DNA of 20,000 bases from an uncultured virus (IMG/VR IMGVR_UViG_3300027708_002678). Lineage: Duplodnaviria; Heunggongvirae; Uroviricota; Caudoviricetes. Location of the stretch: the IMG/VR virus record IMGVR_UViG_3300027708_002678; one strand, written 5' to 3'. The translations under genes and the position numbers were made by a program. The notes below the pieces were generated by a model, which searched no databases, was not told where the DNA came from, and saw nothing but the letters and a program-made list of their open reading frames with translations. Numbering within the stretch: the stretch's first letter is position 1; each line of letters begins with the position of its first letter. Of the stretch, positions 15,943 to 20,000 are shown piece after piece.

Positions 15943-16548
15943 TTATTGTTCTAAATGGTTCATTAATACACCACCAATAGATGTTGAATAAACCAATAAA
16001 TGATTTACCGATTCTTCATTTAATTTTGTTTTTTTCTTGGTATAATCAATACCTAACATACCAATAAATCGACCTTCAATACATTTTATCGCAAAAAGAT
16101 AACCTGATTTACATCCAGTATCTTCAGCAATATATTTTAACCCAAAAGTTGCTATAGTTTCATCTTTAAAGTCAGATATTTCAATTTTATCGTGTTCTAA
16201 TAATTGATTAATTGAACGGCTAAATAAATTAACAGGTATATTGTGAAAATTCCCCTGTATTGAAGATACTGATGGTGCCACAGATTCATATATAATACTG
16301 AATTTTGCCATCGATTTCCCGGTTGGGTAAAAATTACCTCCATTATGAAATTGTGCAACCCAAACTCTATCTCCTTTTAATTCTTCTTTAATATGGTCTA
16401 ATTTTGTCATTACAAGTTCACTGACTTTTAACGTTTCCAACACCATATCCGGTTTTTCTTCTTTTTTCTCTAATTTATTCTTGATGAATAATAATAGAAC
16501 GGGACCTAATACCCCCGTAATAAACGCTACTATTATAGATGCACTCAT
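15943..16548 (-). CDS. Protein with an N-terminal TM helix and a GAF-like domain (possible holin or lysis regulator)
   Basis: Hydrophobic IIVAFITGVLGPVLLLFI; 'DRVWVAQFHNG' and 'KSGYLFAIK..EGRFIGMLGIDY' are GAF-like strands. Confidence 0.6.
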   Translation of the reverse strand: MSASIIVAFITGVLGPVLLLFIKNKLEKKEEKPDMVLETLKVSELVMTKLDHIKEELKGDRVWVAQFHNGGNFYPTGKSMAKFSIIYESVAPSVSSIQGNFHNIPVNLFSRSINQLLEHDKIEISDFKDETIATFGLKYIAEDTGCKSGYLFAIKCIEGRFIGMLGIDYTKKKTKLNEESVNHLLVYSTSIGGVLMNHLEQ

Positions 16549-16553
16549 AAATT

Positions 16554-17105
16554 TTATCTTAAATTACCAAAGTTTTTTAAGAATTGTTCCTTAGTAATTT
16601 GTAATTTTTGACCACTTTTAGTTCTAACCACCATCATTTCAGGTTTTTTAGGTGTGGATTCAACAATTTTTTTCTTTGGAACTTCAAAAACTTTAGGTTT
16701 ATGGTTTTCAACCACTTTAACTTTTGGTTCTTCAATAATAGGTTCTTCCTGTTGGAAAACCTCAACAGTTAATCTTGGTTTTTCTTCTTGTTCTTGTTCA
16801 GAAACAACCACATTAACTTTTTTGTTTGTTTTTACACCAAAGTCAGAACTCCAAGGCTCAAAATAGACATCGTCGGCAATGACCTCTAATCTCATATTAC
16901 CTTTTGTTCCTTCAGGTAAAAAATGTTTAGTTTTTGGGATATTTACTTCACACACTCCTGTATTTTCAATAGCACCATTAAACATATAAGACATTTCATC
17001 TGTCTCAATTACTAATCTTACTTTAGATTTCGCTAAAGAAGTTCCTTCAATTTGTATATTACAATTGAATTTATTCGGTTTGTCTGTATATAAAAAGTAA
17101 CTCAT
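16554..17105 (-). CDS. Hypothetical (probable late/structural) protein
   Basis: 183-aa ORF with a beta-rich N-half; TATTTATT 4 nt upstream of the ATG. Confidence 0.7.
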   Translation of the reverse strand: MSYFLYTDKPNKFNCNIQIEGTSLAKSKVRLVIETDEMSYMFNGAIENTGVCEVNIPKTKHFLPEGTKGNMRLEVIADDVYFEPWSSDFGVKTNKKVNVVVSEQEQEEKPRLTVEVFQQEEPIIEEPKVKVVENHKPKVFEVPKKKIVESTPKKPEMMVVRTKSGQKLQITKEQFLKNFGNLR

Positions 17106-17119
17106 AGCTAATAAATATC

Positions 17120-17446
17120 TTAATCTTTTATAATTGTCACATCAACTTTAATATTTTTCTGTTCTTTCATCAATACTTCCACATCTTTTAACTTTACTGT
17201 GACTTTATTGTTCTTAGTTTTATTAACTCTTGTCTCAAATTCAATCTCATCAACATCTAATCTTACAAATAATCCAATTAAGGTTGCGACTTCGTCTTGC
17301 CTTAATTCTTTCATTTTTTTACGGATTCTTGGTCCAATACCTCCTGCACCAACAATTTTCTGAATTACGCAAGCCTCTTTCCACGTAAATGGTGTCTCCA
17401 TCCACGCGAAAGGTGTATCATCCCAAGAATAACAAATGCTTCCCAT
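17120..17446 (-). CDS. Hypothetical protein
   Basis: 108-aa ORF with a Trp-repeat N-terminus (SWDDTPFAWMETPFTW); TATTTATA upstream. Confidence 0.7.
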   Translation of the reverse strand: MGSICYSWDDTPFAWMETPFTWKEACVIQKIVGAGGIGPRIRKKMKELRQDEVATLIGLFVRLDVDEIEFETRVNKTKNNKVTVKLKDVEVLMKEQKNIKVDVTIIKD

Positions 17447-17448
17447 AC

Positions 17449-17460
17449 TATTTATAAATA
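17449..17460. promoter_or_regulatory. Palindromic TATTTATAAATA, putative bidirectional late promoter
   Basis: Perfect palindrome in the 38-bp gap between divergent genes 17446(-) and 17485(+); the same 12-mer occurs at 2234-2245 and 7827-7838. Confidence 0.55.
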
Positions 17461-17484
17461 ACTAAAAATTTGTAAAATTGTAGT

Positions 17485-20000
17485 ATGTCTGATATTTCTA
17501 ATCAATTAATTAAGGATTCATATAATTATGTCCTACAATCTGACCTATCAACCGGTAATATTTACCGTATTGGTGGGGGTATTCCCGTTAATCCAATATT
17601 TTTATCCGGATTAACAATTATCTCAAGTTTTAAATTTTCAAATGGTTCTGAAAGAGCAGGATATGTTTTAACATCAGATGGTTCAGGTAATGCAACTTGG
17701 AGTCCTGTTTCAAATCAAAAAATAATATTAAAAAAAATTGATTTAGGCACTAGATTAATTAATGGATTGGGTAATGTTGTAGTTAATTTAGTTAATGTTT
17801 GGGATAGGTTAACTAATTCTATTATTGGTAAACAACTTTACTATTCCGGAGTTAAAGTTGATTATTATTTTACTTACAATAATCCAAATAATGGTATTAG
17901 AACTAAAGAATTATGGACAACTCAAACATTTAATGTAAATCTCAATACATCATTTGCGTTTAGTGGTATTTGCAATTATATTAGTCAAAATTATGAAACA
18001 ACATTAGTGAATTTTTATTGTGAAATTTATTTAAATTTAAATCAAAATTATTTATCTCCAACACAAGTTAGATTAACCAATCCACTATTTAATTCATTAA
18101 ATCCGTACAAATATAGTAGAGGTAAAAATTATACAGGTGAGGCTGAGTTTGTACGAAGTAATAATAACTTACCAAAATCATTGAATTCTATTGAAAATAA
18201 TTTTATAAATGGCTGGCAATATTATTACGACGTTGGAGCTTCAAAAGATATTGTGAAAAAAGTATATGATATAATTTCAACACCTGAATTTTATGGTCCA
18301 TTCTCGGCAGAGTCACAGTCAATATTAATTTTTGACACTCCATATTCAAATGAAAGTAGAGAGGTTATTAAAAATAGTGTCTATGTTGAAACTTTAACCG
18401 GATTTTATTCAAAATTTAAAATACCGGTAAATCAACACGGATTTTTCGAATCTTGTGTAAAATTATTTAATAATTTTTATGGTAATTTATTGTATGATAT
18501 TGTTAGTGGCTCTACACCTACAATTAATAGTCACGCATCAATAGATGGGTATAATTCATCATCATTCTATCAAATGATTGACACTTATCGTATTTACCCC
18601 AAAGGAACACCAGGAATAATTTATTACACGGTTAATTTTAAATTAAATGATTTACTTTTTTCAATGGGAATAGATAAACATCTAAAATATATTGGAAAAT
18701 TTAGACAAAAGTCATATGTTCAAGTATTGCCGTATTATCAAAACGTTTATATATTAAAAATAAGTGTTAATGGGGATAATAATCCACTATTATTTATTAA
18801 TAATTTAATTAATAATTATCTTCAAATTAATGACTCGTCACTAAAAAGTAAAATCATCGATAACACCCCTAATCCTTATTGGACTAACGGGAATTATGGT
18901 TATATGGCTAATGAAAATTATTTTTATAATTATAACCCTTATGGTCCGTATTTGGTAATTCAATCAACGGATGAAAAGATGTATCAACTATCTCAAAACC
19001 CAATTTATACTGCGAGTAGTGTGGATACCATTTATATTGGGGGTGGTTTTACTAATTATAATCACAACGGAGCAAATTATATTATTAACTTAAATACGGA
19101 TGGCTCAGTTAATTCCACATATAATTCAGGATTTGATAGTTATGTTCAGGTAATTGTAATACAATCAGACAATAAACTATTAGTTGGCGGTAATTTTTAT
19201 AGTTATAACGGAACCGGAGCAAGTAGAATTATTAGATTAAACTCAGATGGTTCAGTTGATTCATCATTTGTTTATGGTTCGGGATTCAATGGTAAAACAA
19301 CTGTTCAAACAATTGCAATACAATCAGATAATAAAATATTGGTTGGCGGTGGTTTTAATAATTATAACGGAACCGGAGCAAATTATATCATTAGATTAAA
19401 TTCAGACGGTTCGGTTGATTCATCATTTGTTTATGGTGATGGATTTGATGACCTTGTTAATATAATTACAATACAATCAGATAATAAAATATTGGTTGGC
19501 GGTGGTTTTAATAATTATAACGGAACCGGAGCAAATAGAATTATTAGATTAAACTCAGACGGTTCGGTTGATTCATCATTTGTTTATGATGATGGATTTG
19601 ATAGTGATGTTCAAACAATTGTAATACAATCAGATGGAAAAATATTGGTTGGAGGTTATTTTAGGAATTATAACGGAACCGGAGCAAATAGAATTATTAG
19701 ATTAAACTCAGACGGTTCGGTTGATTCATCATTTGTTTATGGTTCGGGATTTGATAACCTTGTTAATATAATTACAACACAATCAGACAATAAAATATTG
19801 GTTGGTGGTTATTTTAATAGTTATAACGGAACCGGAGCAAATTATATCATTAGATTAAACTCAGATGGTTCAATTGATTCATCATTTGTTTATGGTTCGG
19901 GATTTGATAACCTTGTTAATATAATTACAACACAATCAGACAATAAAATATTGGTTGGTGGTTATTTTAATAGTTATAACGGAACCGGAGCAAATTATAT
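17485..20000 (+). CDS. Large tail-fibre/receptor-binding-like protein with delta-60 (DUF5122-type) beta-propeller repeats (partial)
   Basis: ATG 17485, open to the window end. Fibre-like 'GYVLTSDGSGNATW' and repeats such as 'IQSDNKILVGGGFNNYNGTGANYIIRLNSDGSVDSSF'. Confidence 0.8.
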   Translation, partial: MSDISNQLIKDSYNYVLQSDLSTGNIYRIGGGIPVNPIFLSGLTIISSFKFSNGSERAGYVLTSDGSGNATWSPVSNQKIILKKIDLGTRLINGLGNVVVNLVNVWDRLTNSIIGKQLYYSGVKVDYYFTYNNPNNGIRTKELWTTQTFNVNLNTSFAFSGICNYISQNYETTLVNFYCEIYLNLNQNYLSPTQVRLTNPLFNSLNPYKYSRGKNYTGEAEFVRSNNNLPKSLNSIENNFINGWQYYYDVGASKDIVKKVYDIISTPEFYGPFSAESQSILIFDTPYSNESREVIKNSVYVETLTGFYSKFKIPVNQHGFFESCVKLFNNFYGNLLYDIVSGSTPTINSHASIDGYNSSSFYQMIDTYRIYPKGTPGIIYYTVNFKLNDLLFSMGIDKHLKYIGKFRQKSYVQVLPYYQNVYILKISVNGDNNPLLFINNLINNYLQINDSSLKSKIIDNTPNPYWTNGNYGYMANENYFYNYNPYGPYLVIQSTDEKMYQLSQNPIYTASSVDTIYIGGGFTNYNHNGANYIINLNTDGSVNSTYNSGFDSYVQVIVIQSDNKLLVGGNFYSYNGTGASRIIRLNSDGSVDSSFVYGSGFNGKTTVQTIAIQSDNKILVGGGFNNYNGTGANYIIRLNSDGSVDSSFVYGDGFDDLVNIITIQSDNKILVGGGFNNYNGTGANRIIRLNSDGSVDSSFVYDDGFDSDVQTIVIQSDGKILVGGYFRNYNGTGANRIIRLNSDGSVDSSFVYGSGFDNLVNIITTQSDNKILVGGYFNSYNGTGANYIIRLNSDGSIDSSFVYGSGFDNLVNIITTQSDNKILVGGYFNSYNGTGANY
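19162..20000 (+). repeat. Coding tandem repeat, 153-bp period (first unit 159 bp)
   Basis: caatcaga anchors at 19162, 19321, 19474, 19627, 19780 and 19933. Confidence 0.9.

Noticed and set aside
19162..20000. CRISPR array or DGR template/variable repeat
   Set aside because: The repeats are in-frame coding units without unique spacers, differences are not adenine-specific, and no reverse transcriptase or cas gene is in the window
1..20000. Alternative genetic code (stop-codon reassignment), as in some large phages
   Set aside because: Genes read full length in the standard code with high coding density; no suppressor tRNA seen

Overview
AT-rich window that looks like part of a large (jumbo) tailed-phage genome. 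A Bacteroidota host is inferred from repeated TTTG-N19/20-TAnnTTTG promoters and a Bacteroidota-style lipoprotein. The left part encodes a pol-beta-type nucleotidyltransferase, a KTSC protein, an N-domain-less ClpC, two peptidases and probable virion proteins (L,D-transpeptidase-like and peptidoglycan-binding) that share an N-terminal 'EEKNRIL..H' leader. The centre (10.1-14.6 kb) is an RNA island. It holds a tmRNA with an unusual 22-residue tag, smpB, a ~850-nt structured ncRNA (GOLLD-like) and four tRNA-like RNAs, none with a normal anticodon loop. Two of the four are circularly permuted (YrlA/Y-RNA-like topology) and one has a hairpin inserted in its D-loop. The right part has a small lipoprotein behind a sigma54-like promoter, a putative lysis pair (TM-GAF protein plus M15-like Zn peptidase) and the start of a large delta-60-repeat, tail-fibre-like gene. 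All calls come from reading the sequence by eye; no database searches or folding computations were run.
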